Source: an uncultured archaeon
GTDB lineage: Archaea; Micrarchaeota; Micrarchaeia; Micrarchaeales; CABMGC01
NCBI GenBank assembly: GCA_963704435.1
Contig: OY969902.1
Location: forward strand, 630,001 to 662,000
DNA length: 32,000 nt
Direction of reading: 5' to 3'
Shown here: one piece after another, positions 1 to 8,893 of the stretch
Numbering within the stretch: position 1 is the first letter of the stretch
Layout: every line of letters begins with the position of its first letter
Position numbers and translations under genes: made by a program
Notes under the pieces: generated by a model
Seen by the model: the letters and a program-made list of their open reading frames with translations, nothing else
Told to the model about the DNA's origin: nothing
The model's database searches: none

Positions 1-597
1 GTCGAGCATCTCGTCCTGTATGCCCATAGCCACGAGCTCCCTCCTGAAAGCGTCCGACAGGCCGGACTTCCCTGGCGCGACCCCGTAGACCGCGGAGAAG
101 TTCTCGTAAGCGTACCTCTTCGACCTTATGTCTTCCATCATCTTCCTGTAGAGCATGACCTGGACGATGTGCGGCCTAGTGTAGCTGCCCTCGAGCTTCC
201 TTCCTGCCTCTGTGGTCTTCCGCTCGACCACTTGGATCCTCCCATCCTTGAGCCTCATCTCATCTATCTGCCCTGAGATGCGGTATCCGTTCACGGACCC
301 GTAGACCCTGAACTCCCTGCACACGCCCTTCCTTTTCAGGGAGTCGAGCGACATGACGTTCTCGTACGCGGTCTTGTACATGTAGTCCTTGAACGTGACG
401 GGCTCTATAGTCAGGGGCACGTACACCTCCTCCTGGAGCGCCTCGTGGACCTGCCTGCCCTTCGCCATCTCCTTCGTGTACTTCCTGCCGTGGATGCAGC
501 TGAGCTCCATCTGCCTCTCGCACCAGAACTGGTTGGCTATGTCCGTTACCCTTATCGAGGTCTTCTTCAGCCTGCCAAGCACGCTAGCCTCCGCCAT
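1..597 (-). CDS. PD-(D/E)XK (RecB/Cas4/ExoV-like) nuclease, C-terminus cut by window edge
   Basis: My reverse-strand translation is open from ATG at 597 to position 1 (199 codons): MAEASVLGRLKKTSIRVTDIANQFWCERQMEL...KGRQVHEALQEEV...YRISGQIDEMRLKDGRIQVVERKT. It has the GxxxH, D and ExK elements of Cas4/Dna2-like nucleases. The provided track does not list it because the frame is open at the edge. Confidence 0.75.
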   Translation of the reverse strand, partial: MAEASVLGRLKKTSIRVTDIANQFWCERQMELSCIHGRKYTKEMAKGRQVHEALQEEVYVPLTIEPVTFKDYMYKTAYENVMSLDSLKRKGVCREFRVYGSVNGYRISGQIDEMRLKDGRIQVVERKTTEAGRKLEGSYTRPHIVQVMLYRKMMEDIRSKRYAYENFSAVYGVAPGKSGLSDAFRRELVAMGIQDEMLD

Positions 598-672
598 ATG
601 GAATCGTCCCTACAAAACAGATCAGACCGCCTATCTCTCGTCATAGCATAGCTCAGCGATCTTAGTCATCAT

Positions 673-1347
673 ATGAGCTTTTATTTATTGATGAAACTTA
701 ATAACCCTATGCAGCTTCTCGACAGATACGACCTCTTCATCTTCGATTGGGACAACACCCTGAGCAGCTCCACCGCACCCATCAGGGCGATGCAGCTCGT
801 GAAGAAGGACGTCCTGCTGTGGTACGCCAGGACGCACAGCGAGAAATACAGGAAGGAGCTCACCCTGAAGATGGACGACATGCTGAACAAGGCGGCCGAG
901 AACAACTTCTACGCGAAGCTGTACGACACCTACTCGCGCTTCTTCAGGCCCGGCCTCAAGAGCGGGGCTCTCGATGTCCTGAGGCTGCTGAAGAGGAACG
1001 GGAAGAAGGTGGCGATATTCAGCGACGCTAGGACGTACCGCCTTTTCAGCGAGACGCGGGGCCTGGGCGTGCTGAGGTACGCGGACCTTGCGCTGGCGGC
1101 CGAGTCGATACACTATTACAAGCCTAATCCGGCTGGGCTCCTGCTGATAATGGACAGGTTCAAGGTATCCAAGGCGAAGACGGTGTACATCGGAGACATG
1201 GCCTCGGACATCCTGACCGCGAAGTTCGCGGGCGTCGACTCCTGTGGAGTGGCGGACGGCCTGGACCCGTACGACGGCCTGAAGTCCGCCGGTGCCAGTC
1301 ACATGTTCAGGAATATGAGCGGCCTGCTGAGCACGCTTGAAGCGTAA
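673..1347 (+). CDS. HAD-superfamily hydrolase (phosphoglycolate phosphatase-like)
   Basis: Motif I DLFIFDWDNTL, motif II VAIFSDA, and C-terminal KAKTVYIGDMASDILTAKFAGVDSCGV. The true start may be ATG 691 or 709. Confidence 0.85.
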   Translation: MSFYLLMKLNNPMQLLDRYDLFIFDWDNTLSSSTAPIRAMQLVKKDVLLWYARTHSEKYRKELTLKMDDMLNKAAENNFYAKLYDTYSRFFRPGLKSGALDVLRLLKRNGKKVAIFSDARTYRLFSETRGLGVLRYADLALAAESIHYYKPNPAGLLLIMDRFKVSKAKTVYIGDMASDILTAKFAGVDSCGVADGLDPYDGLKSAGASHMFRNMSGLLSTLEA

Positions 1348-1452
1348 TCGCGCGCCGGCGTCTTTTCCCTTCGCAAATCACACAAACATTTATAAGAGAT
1401 TCAAATCATATAAATTGACGCAGACAGTACTGTTCTGCAGAAGATGGATTGA

Positions 1453-1722
1453 ATGAGAAGTGAAAATGAAGAAGAGGGCGGAAGAGGAGGAGAAAGGAGA
1501 GGAATGAACCCCAACTACTTCCTGCCAAAACCTGTGAAAGTAGGGGACGTGATAGAAGTAACCATCGAAGGCACTGCAAGCAGGGGGGACGGGATAGCTA
1601 AGAAGGACGGTTTCGTCATCTTTGTCAAGGGCGCGAAGCCGGGAGACAAGCTCATGGTCAAGATAACTGACGTGAGGACCAGGTTCGCCATAGGAGAGCC
1701 GGAAGCGGCATCGCAGAGCTAA
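1453..1722 (+). CDS. TRAM-domain small protein
   Basis: VGDVIEVTIEGTASRGDGIAKKDGFVIFVKGAKPGDKLMVKITDVRTRFAIGE is a classic stand-alone archaeal TRAM domain. A TATA-like 'catttataag' lies upstream near 1387. The start could be ATG 1504. Confidence 0.85.
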   Translation: MRSENEEEGGRGGERRGMNPNYFLPKPVKVGDVIEVTIEGTASRGDGIAKKDGFVIFVKGAKPGDKLMVKITDVRTRFAIGEPEAASQS

Positions 1723-1886
1723 ACGGATTTCCGAAATTTATTTCGCGTGCGCGCCCGATGCGCGCCGCTTTTCCTATTTCTATCTTTCTTTACGGTGGAT
1801 AACTCTGCCCCGATTCACAAGCTGTTAGCGAAGCACACGCCGATCAAAGATAACATATAAATAATCCGATTGCAAGGTTTGGTTCG

Positions 1887-3185
1887 ATGGCTCAAAACGG
1901 TGCGGAAAAGAGGTTTGTCAAATTCCTGTTTGTCACAGACTGGGCTCTGAGCGCCGACCTCGCTTGGGAACTCCAGAAGGAAGGTCATGCCGTAAAGTTC
2001 TTCTGCAAGGGCCCTGGAGAGAAGGACGTCGGTGATGGATTCGTTGAGAAGGTCGCCGAATGGGAGCCGCTGAAGGACTGGGCGGATGTCATACTATTCG
2101 ATGACATCGGGTTCGGCCAGGAGGCTGAGCGGCTCCGCAAGGAAGGGAAATTCGTCGTAGGAGGTTCCACCTACACAGATAGGCTGGAGCTCGACCGCGA
2201 GTTCGGGCAGGAGGAGCTGAGGAAGGCAGGCGTGGGCATCCTGCCAGGGCGCACATTCACCTCTTTCGATGAGGCGGTCGCTTTCATCAAGGAAAATCCC
2301 GACAGGTACGTGATAAAGCCCAGCGGCGACACGTACGAGAAGGAGCTGCTGTTCATAGGCCAGGAAGGCGACGGGAAGGACGTGATCCAGGTGCTGGAGC
2401 ACTACCAGAGCACATGGTCCAAGAAGATAAAGGTATTTCTGATACAGAAGTTCGTGGAGGGGGTTGAGGTCGCCATCGGGGCGTTCTTCAACGGCAAGGA
2501 CTTCATGCTTCCGTTCAACGTGAACTTCGAGCACAAGCGCCTCTTCCCCGGCGACCTCGGGCCGAGCACGGGCGAGATGGGGACCGCCATGTTCTGGACG
2601 AGGAGCAGCCCAGTTTTCGATAGCACGCTGTTCAACATGAAAAGCCAGCTCGCGGAGAGCGGGTATGTCGGCTACGTAGACATCAACTGCATCGTCAACA
2701 ACCGTGGGGTCTGGCCGCTCGAGTGGACCTGCAGGTTCGGATACCCTACGATAAGCATACACATGGAGGGCGTGACGAGCGAGTGGGGCCAGTTCCTTTA
2801 CGATCTTGCGCGCGGGAAGGACGCGCAGCTGAAGACGAAGAAGGGCTATCAGGTAGGAGTGGTCGTGGCGATCCCCCCGTTCCCGTTCGAGGACGTGAAT
2901 GCGTTCAGGAAATATTCCGAGGGGGCCGCGATACTGTTCAAGCGCCAGAACCCGGAGGGCATACACATCGGCGAGGTAAAGCGCATCGGAGACAACTGGT
3001 ATATCGCGGGCGAGTCGGGCTACGCGCTCATCGTCACCGGTTCGGGCCAGACGATGTCGGACGCCATACGCGACGCCTACCAGAACGTGAAGAGCGTCAT
3101 GATACCGAACATGTTCTACCGCTCTGACATAGGGCAGAGATGGTCGAGGGACAGTGATATGCTCTTGAGCTGGGGCTGCTTGTAA
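1887..3185 (+). CDS. ATP-grasp enzyme, phosphoribosylamine-glycine ligase (PurD/GARS)-like, divergent
   Basis: 432 aa with an ATP-grasp arrangement (YVIKPSGDTYEKELLF, IQKFVEGVEVAIGAFFNG, GPSTGEMGTAMFW, VDINCIV, EWTCRFGYPTISI). The N-terminal Rossmann region lacks the canonical GxGGREHA. Confidence 0.7.
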   Translation: MAQNGAEKRFVKFLFVTDWALSADLAWELQKEGHAVKFFCKGPGEKDVGDGFVEKVAEWEPLKDWADVILFDDIGFGQEAERLRKEGKFVVGGSTYTDRLELDREFGQEELRKAGVGILPGRTFTSFDEAVAFIKENPDRYVIKPSGDTYEKELLFIGQEGDGKDVIQVLEHYQSTWSKKIKVFLIQKFVEGVEVAIGAFFNGKDFMLPFNVNFEHKRLFPGDLGPSTGEMGTAMFWTRSSPVFDSTLFNMKSQLAESGYVGYVDINCIVNNRGVWPLEWTCRFGYPTISIHMEGVTSEWGQFLYDLARGKDAQLKTKKGYQVGVVVAIPPFPFEDVNAFRKYSEGAAILFKRQNPEGIHIGEVKRIGDNWYIAGESGYALIVTGSGQTMSDAIRDAYQNVKSVMIPNMFYRSDIGQRWSRDSDMLLSWGCL

Positions 3186-3228
3186 TTCCGGTAGTCAAGG
3201 ATCCCAATCCCGTATCGTAAGTAATGGC

Positions 3229-3313
3229 GCTGGGAGTGGGAATCGAACCCACAGAGGCCATTTCTAGCCAAACAGCTTAGCAGGCTGCCGCCCTACCACT
3301 AGGCGATCCCAGC
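3229..3313 (-). tRNA. tRNA-Ser (anticodon GCU)
   Basis: Reverse strand GCTGGGA-TC-GCCTAGTGGTAGGGC-G-GCAGC CT[GCT]AA GCTGT, long variable arm containing GGC TAGAAAT GGCC, GTGGG TTCGATT CCCAC, TCCCAGC. The full cloverleaf closes. Confidence 0.93.
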
Positions 3314-3315
3314 AC

Positions 3316-3606
3316 GCATCGCATGCCTTCCGCTCGTGCAGCAGGAGCCTGCATAGCCGCAAGGGCGCGATGCGAGGTTTGCTATGCCTCCACTCGGCCC
3401 TGTATCTTCGGAGCATAGCTCTCTGCACTTAGGGTTGCTCCTTCCGGCCTGGCCCGTTTCATACACAAAGCCACCACCGAAGGCAGAGCTTCAGCGCTTC
3501 GACATAGGCCATCACACGCGCGGTTGCAACGCCGCAGGCATGCGGCCCGCCTTGAGGGGATTTGCGGTATGGGAAACCCCTGGCTTCCCACCTTCCTACT
3601 GCGATA
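3316..3606 (-). ncRNA. Archaeal SRP (7S) RNA; ends approximate
   Basis: The reverse strand contains the helix 8 signature GGGCCAGGCCGGAAGGAGCAACCC (3432-3455). Flanking helix 5 strands pair, e.g. gcatgcct (3537-3544) with aggcatgc (3321-3328) and ccgcgcgtg with cacgagcgg. A TATA-like ctataaagg sits on the minus strand at 3631-3639. Confidence 0.85.
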
Positions 3607-3662
3607 ATCTATCGCATTAAGCATTAATAACCTTTATAGCCGATTAATACCGGTGTTTTCAG

Positions 3663-4076
3663 TTGGGCAATGACGGCTACATGGAGCTGCTGGACAAGGC
3701 GTTCTCGAAGCTCCCGACTCTGTCCGAGGAGAAGTCGGACTTCAAGATACCCGAAGCGGATTCGCTGATAGAGGGCAACAAGACGCTGGTGAAGAACTTC
3801 AACCAGATAAAGGGCACCGCGAGGAGGGACGGCAACGAGATAGCCAAGTACCTCTCGAAGGAGCTCGCCGCTCCGGTGAGCACGGACGACCAGAAGTTGA
3901 TAATAAGCACGAAGGTGCAGTCTGGCGTCCTGAACAGCAAGATAAGGAAGTACTTCGAGGTCTTCGTCATATGCAAGGAGTGCCACAAGCCTGACACGAG
4001 GATAGAGAGCACAGAGCACGGATATGAGACGCTCGTCTGCGAGGCCTGCGGAGCGAGGTACACGATTAAGAGGTAA
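3663..4076 (+). CDS. eif2b: Translation initiation factor aIF2 subunit beta
   Basis: LVKNFNQIKGTARRDGNEIAKYLSKELAAP...KIRKYFEVFVICKECHKPDTRIES...LVCEACGARYTIKR, including the C-terminal CxxC/CxxC zinc ribbon. TTG start. Confidence 0.93.
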   Translation: MGNDGYMELLDKAFSKLPTLSEEKSDFKIPEADSLIEGNKTLVKNFNQIKGTARRDGNEIAKYLSKELAAPVSTDDQKLIISTKVQSGVLNSKIRKYFEVFVICKECHKPDTRIESTEHGYETLVCEACGARYTIKR

Positions 4077-4435
4077 TGCTCATGCCATTCAGAGGGAAAA
4101 GGAGTCACGGAGGTTTCAGGGGCAGGCGGCCGGGAGGAAGGCGCAAGAGCGTCGAGACGGTCCACGAGCTCAAGCTGCCTACGGAGAACGAGTCCATAGG
4201 GCTGGTTATGCAGGCGGTCGGCGCGTCGAACTTCCGGGTGATGTGCTCGGACAAGTTCCAGAGGATGTGCAGCATACCTGGCAGGCTGAGAAGGAGGTTC
4301 TGGATAAAGGAGGGCGACCTGGTCATAGTCAAGCCGTGGGTGGTGCAGAGCAACGAGAAGGCGGACATAATCTGGAGATACAGCCTCGGGGACAAGGAGA
4401 GGCTCAAGGCGAAAGGCTACGAAGTGCCGGGCTGA
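4076..4435 (+). CDS. eif1a: Translation initiation factor aIF1A
   Basis: S1/OB-fold protein: IGLVMQAVGASNFRVMCSDKFQRMCSIPGRLRRRFWIKEGDLVIVKPWVVQSNEKADIIWRY. It overlaps the upstream stop by 1 nt. Confidence 0.93.
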   Translation: MLMPFRGKRSHGGFRGRRPGGRRKSVETVHELKLPTENESIGLVMQAVGASNFRVMCSDKFQRMCSIPGRLRRRFWIKEGDLVIVKPWVVQSNEKADIIWRYSLGDKERLKAKGYEVPG

Positions 4436-4487
4436 CCGCTGCGGATGAATCCTTTTTATTTCTTACTTCAGAAGGTAATACGATTAA

Positions 4488-6158
4488 ATGCCAGGTCGCC
4501 GAGCGCTACTTTTCGCAGCGTCCATCATTGCGCTGCTGTCTTTCGCTAATCCGGCGCTGGCGCAGAACTTCACTGCGAACCAGACATTCCTCGTGGCCGC
4601 TGCGCAGTATGCGCAGTGCAAGACCAATTTCACCGTCTCATACATCGGAAAGGTCACGGCAGCGGTGCCTGGGCTGTCCGGACTCGGCCAGTACTCTACC
4701 GCGCTGCAGACTGCAACCTCTCAACTCTCCTCCCTTGCTGGGAGAGGAAATGTCACCCAATTCAGGACCTATCTGAGCGGCAACTACGATCAGGAGCTGA
4801 ATCTCATATCAAAGAACTTCACCGCACAGATAAGGGCCGCCAACCTGTCGCGCAGCCAGACGTCTCAATTGAGGCAGCAGTACAACAGCACCTTTGCGAC
4901 TTATACCGCCTGCAGGCTTAATTCGGTGAAGAACGTCGCTATGAAGGAGCTTGCGCTGTTCAATTCAAGCATATCCGAATACCAGAACGAGGCGAGCAGC
5001 CTTTCGCAGCAGGGGCTGAACACGAGCGCTATGAACCTTCTCTTGCAGGGCGCAAAGGCCCAGATCATCGCCCCGCTGGCATCTGCGGTGAGCCAGGCTA
5101 CGAACGCATCCCAGATATCTGCCGCCCTTAACAAGTACTGCCTGTTCGATGCGTGCAGGAACGGGACGAACTTCCATCTCGCTGCGCACTTCGAGCTCCA
5201 GAAATTCACAGCAGAGCTCAATTACCTCGAGGCGAAAGGCAATGTGTCTTCTTCATCGCTGGCCCCGGCGCAGACTTATCTCAATGCGGCTACCTCGCTG
5301 CTTCAGGCAGTCGGGACCGCAGCATACACGAACGGGCAGGGCAACGCCATCTTCGCCAATCTGACCTCCGCATCGAAGGCGATGCAGCAGGCGAGGCAGC
5401 AGCAGGCGTTCGCCAAGGCCAAGCTGTCCGCAACCAGCGTGATATCCAGCTACGCGAACGCGATTAGCAGCGACCGCGCCTCGATTGCGCAACTCGCCGC
5501 CAAGGGCATTCCCACGGGAGGCCTGAACCAGACCCTCTCCAATGCGACATCTGCGATAATAGTGCCTCTCCAGAACGCGCTGAACTCTTCGGCAAACGTC
5601 ACTCAGCTTTACAATGCGTTCAAGACAAAGTGCATCGAGAACGGATGCGCGAACGGCACGAACTTCAACCTCGGGGCGAAACTCAAGCTGGGCGAGGCCC
5701 AGGCGGAGCTGACATATCTCGCGAACAAGGCCAGTGCGTCCGCCAACGTCATCGTGAACGCAACTGCGCTGTCAACGGCGCAGGGATATGTCGCCAACGC
5801 ATCAGCTCTGATAGGATCCGCAAACGGCATGCAGCTCACCAACGGGCTAATTAGCAAGATAACGGCGGAGTCAAACGGATTCACTGTTGCCATCAAGAAC
5901 GCGTATACCGTGGTAGCCAAAAAGCCATCTCCTATTGCGGTCTCCAAAACCCCGACGGGGCCGACCGCACCAATCGTGAGCCCGAAGCCCCCCGCCAATA
6001 CGGCCACTACTCCGCGCACGGCCCCCACTCCAACACCTCCGACTGCGCCAGGAAGGAACGCCCTTCCCACGCCGATCACGATTAAGGCGAATACAACCAT
6101 AGGAGGAGTCACATCCACAGGTCCCGTTCCAGCTGCCAACGTTAACGTGCCAAAATAG
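4488..6158 (+). CDS. Secreted/surface Ala/Ser/Asn-rich protein with internal repeats and a Pro-rich C-terminus
   Basis: Signal peptide-like RRALLFAASIIALLSFANPALAQ, many NxS/T sequons, and two ~90-aa repeats (aa ~161-250 and ~319-414). Upstream TATA-like 'ctttttatttct'. Confidence 0.85.
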   Translation: MPGRRALLFAASIIALLSFANPALAQNFTANQTFLVAAAQYAQCKTNFTVSYIGKVTAAVPGLSGLGQYSTALQTATSQLSSLAGRGNVTQFRTYLSGNYDQELNLISKNFTAQIRAANLSRSQTSQLRQQYNSTFATYTACRLNSVKNVAMKELALFNSSISEYQNEASSLSQQGLNTSAMNLLLQGAKAQIIAPLASAVSQATNASQISAALNKYCLFDACRNGTNFHLAAHFELQKFTAELNYLEAKGNVSSSSLAPAQTYLNAATSLLQAVGTAAYTNGQGNAIFANLTSASKAMQQARQQQAFAKAKLSATSVISSYANAISSDRASIAQLAAKGIPTGGLNQTLSNATSAIIVPLQNALNSSANVTQLYNAFKTKCIENGCANGTNFNLGAKLKLGEAQAELTYLANKASASANVIVNATALSTAQGYVANASALIGSANGMQLTNGLISKITAESNGFTVAIKNAYTVVAKKPSPIAVSKTPTGPTAPIVSPKPPANTATTPRTAPTPTPPTAPGRNALPTPITIKANTTIGGVTSTGPVPAANVNVPK

Positions 6159-6166
6159 GTGGTTCG

Positions 6167-6436
6167 ATGGTAGACAAGAAAACGCTCTCGATCGTTCTGG
6201 TTATAGCTATTGTGCTCATCGCGTCCATCGCCTATTGGGCGACCTATGCGCCAGGGCAGCAGAATGCTACGCAGAACTCCACATCGAGCCTAGCCAACTC
6301 TTCATCGCTCAGCAACTTCAGCAGCAACCTGTCGACGCCCAACCTGGCGATCCAGAACGGGACGCTCAACAGCAGCGTGTCCCAGGACCAGAACTACAGC
6401 ATCCTCAGCAGCGGCAACCTCATCGCGTCCCCGTGA
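6167..6436 (+). CDS. Small membrane-anchored extracytoplasmic protein
   Basis: MVDKKTLSIVLVIAIVLIASIAYWATYA transmembrane segment followed by an Asn/Ser-rich tail. It starts 8 nt after the upstream stop. Confidence 0.7.
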   Translation: MVDKKTLSIVLVIAIVLIASIAYWATYAPGQQNATQNSTSSLANSSSLSNFSSNLSTPNLAIQNGTLNSSVSQDQNYSILSSGNLIASP

Positions 6437-6454
6437 TTCGGGCCATGGAGGTCT

Positions 6455-7231
6455 TCATCCCTTGACCATCCTTTCCTGGTCGGTTATCTCCGCGAACGTC
6501 TCCTCATCGTCCCTCTTTATCCCATAGGCCTTCGAGAAGTAGTCCAGCACGTTGTGGACATCCCTCTTCAGGAATTCCATGGCCTGCGGATGCTCCAGCA
6601 GCACGGCCTGTCCGAAGTCTATGAAGTACGGCGTCTCGCCTGACATCAGTATGTTGTATTCGCTGAGGTCGGAGTGCACCAGTTCGTGGGAGTACAATTT
6701 CTTCACATCTTCGATTATCCGGTCAAGCGTCTCGCGCGGATGCTCCAGCGTCACGTCCCTGAGCATGTCCGCGGGCTTTCCGTCGCTGCCTATGAACTCC
6801 ATGGCCAGCACGTTCCCGCTGAACGCGTATGGCATAGGGGCGTGCACGCCAGCCGCCTCCGCAACCATCAGGTTGCCGTACTCCTTCTTGCACCACTCGC
6901 TCACTACAGCGAATATGTTCTTCTTTATCTTCCCGAACCGGGGGTCGCCCGTTATGTAGATGGTCCGCTTCTGGAACGCCGCCGTCTCGAGCCTGAATAT
7001 CTTCACTATCACATACTCCGAGTCTATCTCCGAGCCTGCGGTCGCGATGTAGACGTCCGCCTCCTTGCCCCTGGCGGTTATGAACTCCAGGCTCGAGATT
7101 ATCTTCTTGCTGAACAGCTTGCCTATCCTCAGCATCGTCCTGTTCTCGAAGACACCCTCCTCTATCTTCAGCTGCTCGCGCATCGGGTAGTCCTCCCTGC
7201 TGGACCTCTTCTTCCTGCTCCTCCTTACCAT
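6455..7231 (-). CDS. rio1: RIO1-type serine/threonine protein kinase
   Basis: TARGKEADVYIA, VSEWCKKEYGNLMVAEAAGVHAPMPYAFSGNVLAMEFIG, HSDLSEYNIL, YFIDFGQAV. Start set to ATG 7231, just downstream of minus-strand TATA ggtataaata (7255-7264), rather than the longer ORF in the track. Confidence 0.9.
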   Translation of the reverse strand: MVRRSRKKRSSREDYPMREQLKIEEGVFENRTMLRIGKLFSKKIISSLEFITARGKEADVYIATAGSEIDSEYVIVKIFRLETAAFQKRTIYITGDPRFGKIKKNIFAVVSEWCKKEYGNLMVAEAAGVHAPMPYAFSGNVLAMEFIGSDGKPADMLRDVTLEHPRETLDRIIEDVKKLYSHELVHSDLSEYNILMSGETPYFIDFGQAVLLEHPQAMEFLKRDVHNVLDYFSKAYGIKRDDEETFAEITDQERMVKG

Positions 7232-7307
7232 ACCTACAATTTCACCGTCGCCATATTTATACCAGAGCCGCCAATCATTATGCGAGGGAAGAGGCGAGCC
7301 TGCTATC

Positions 7308-7949
7308 ATGGACGGAATCAAGATCATAGTGGACAACAGGGAGAGAAATCTCGAGATCCTGGAGGGGATATCCGCGCGCGGAGTGGAGATAAGCTTCGCG
7401 CAGCTGCCCGTCGGGGACTACGTGATCTCGGACAGGATGTGCATCGAGAGGAAGACCATCCGCGATTTCGAGGGGTCGGTTATGAACTCCAGGCTGTTCG
7501 ACCAGATGGAACGCCTGAACTCCGGCTTCCAGAAGCCGATACTGCTCATAGAGGGCGACGATTCGGAGTTCCTGATGCGGCCCAATGCAGTGCTTGGCAC
7601 CATCATAAGCCTGTATGCAGACTATAACGTGCAGGTCATCCGGTCAGGGGGCGCGGACGAGACCTCCGCGACGATCGCCAAGCTCGCGGAACGCGAGCAG
7701 GCAAAGGAAAAGAGGGAACCGAGGATTGTGGGCTCGAAAAGGGCGTTCACGAACTCGCAGTGGCAGGTACTGATGCTCAGCTCGATACCTGGGATAGGGC
7801 CGAAGCTCGCGAGATCCCTGATATCGCGCTTCAAGACCGTCAGGAACGTCGCTTCCGCAGCCCCTGAGGAACTTATGGAGGTGGAGAAGGTCGGGAAGAA
7901 GAAGGCGGAGAGGATCTACGCGATATTGAACGAGGAGTTTTCGGAGTGA
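7308..7949 (+). CDS. XPF/ERCC4-family structure-specific nuclease, short helicase-less form with C-terminal HhH
   Basis: IIVDNRERN...LPVGDYVISDRMCIERKTIRDFEGSV contains the ERKxxxDF-type motif. C-terminal SSIPGIGPKLARSLISRFKTV...VEKVGKKKAERIYAIL is a (HhH)2 domain. Confidence 0.9.
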   Translation: MDGIKIIVDNRERNLEILEGISARGVEISFAQLPVGDYVISDRMCIERKTIRDFEGSVMNSRLFDQMERLNSGFQKPILLIEGDDSEFLMRPNAVLGTIISLYADYNVQVIRSGGADETSATIAKLAEREQAKEKREPRIVGSKRAFTNSQWQVLMLSSIPGIGPKLARSLISRFKTVRNVASAAPEELMEVEKVGKKKAERIYAILNEEFSE

Positions 7950-7968
7950 CACAGCGCGCCCATCCAGG

Positions 7969-8415
7969 TCATCCGTTCTCTATCTCGGTAAGCGCGACGC
8001 TTCCCGCCGCGCTCTCATCCAGAGTCAGCCTTATCCTTTTGCCCATCTCGATCCCGTTCTTTTCCGCGAACCTTCTAAGCAGCGCCTCGCTCGTCGCGAA
8101 CGCCAGAAACTTCTTGGGATCCTTCGCGCCGCGCTCCCTGATGGCCCTGCCGATGTTCATCGTGCCCGACACCAGGAGCAGCATCTCCATCCTCACACTG
8201 CGCGACCTAGAGATCCTGTCCTTCTGCCTGACGAGCGCATTCATGTACGCCGGGAGCACCCTGTCCTTGGGAGTGCCGTCATAGTCAAGCAGCAGCAGGA
8301 ACTGCTTTTCGCTCGAAGCGGCCCTTGACTTCCCTAGCAGCTCCTCCATGCCTTTGTCGCTGCGGCATGCGCACAAGACCGGTTTTCCCGTGAATTCCAT
8401 GACATCTCGCATCAC
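7969..8415 (-). CDS. Probable KEOPS subunit Cgi121/TPRKB-like protein
   Basis: LPAYMNALVRQKDRISRSRSVRMEMLLLVSGTMNIGRAIRERGAKDPKKFLAFATSEALL resembles the Cgi121 core ('E.L..LSG..NI..A...G'). Confidence 0.65.
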   Translation of the reverse strand: MMRDVMEFTGKPVLCACRSDKGMEELLGKSRAASSEKQFLLLLDYDGTPKDRVLPAYMNALVRQKDRISRSRSVRMEMLLLVSGTMNIGRAIRERGAKDPKKFLAFATSEALLRRFAEKNGIEMGKRIRLTLDESAAGSVALTEIENG

Positions 8416-8463
8416 GCCACCTTAAGCTTATTAAAATCGTGCACCCAATATATAATTACTTAT

Positions 8464-8877
8464 TTGTCAGTGATTAGCATGAGCCAATTCGGGTCGCAAT
8501 TCCATGGCAGGTCCCACCGGAAGGGGCTTGGGAACGGAAAGGTCCTTACCAAGTTCAGGGACAAGAGGAGGAGCGAGTCCGGAGGCTACTTCACCGAGAC
8601 GAAGGTAGGGGAGAAGGCGGAGCTCAGGCGCGCGCGCGGAAGGGGCGGAAGCTTCAAGAACAAGCTCAAGCACGCCGGATTCGCGAACATCCTTACGAAA
8701 GGCGGATACAAGAAGGCCAAGATAATTGGAGTCATCGAGTCTCCGGACAACAGGAACTTCGCAAGGCTGGGGATAATAACCAAGGGCACGATAATTAACA
8801 CCGACCTCGGCAAGGCAAAGGTGCTGAACCGGCCCGGGCAGGACGGCAGCATAAACGCGGCTCTCGTGGAAAGGTGA
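8464..8877 (+). CDS. rps8e: 30S ribosomal protein S8e
   Basis: SHRKGLGNGKVLTKFRDKRRSESGGYFTETKVGE...RGRGGSFKNKLKHAGFANI...NRNFARLGIITKGTIINTDLGKAKVLNRPGQDGSINAALV. The true start is probably ATG 8479. Confidence 0.93.
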   Translation: MSVISMSQFGSQFHGRSHRKGLGNGKVLTKFRDKRRSESGGYFTETKVGEKAELRRARGRGGSFKNKLKHAGFANILTKGGYKKAKIIGVIESPDNRNFARLGIITKGTIINTDLGKAKVLNRPGQDGSINAALVER

Positions 8878-8893
8878 GAACATACCGTCCCGA

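Noticed and set aside
260-651. Short plus-strand ORFs at 260-523, 389-646 and 445-651
   Set aside because: The minus-strand nuclease frame is continuously open with coherent PD-(D/E)XK motifs; these are shadows.
2094-2966. 290-aa minus-strand ORF
   Set aside because: Antisense to the PurD-like ATP-grasp gene and caused by third-position GC bias; no recognisable motif.
3382-3624. ORFs on both strands (80 aa minus, 78 aa plus) listed in the track
   Set aside because: They lie over the SRP RNA, and their protein sequences show no family features; the helix 8 signature explains the sequence better.
7231-7336. N-terminal extension of the RIO1 ORF to 7336
   Set aside because: A minus-strand TATA-like element at 7255-7264 fits initiation near ATG 7231. 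The extension would also overlap the XPF start.
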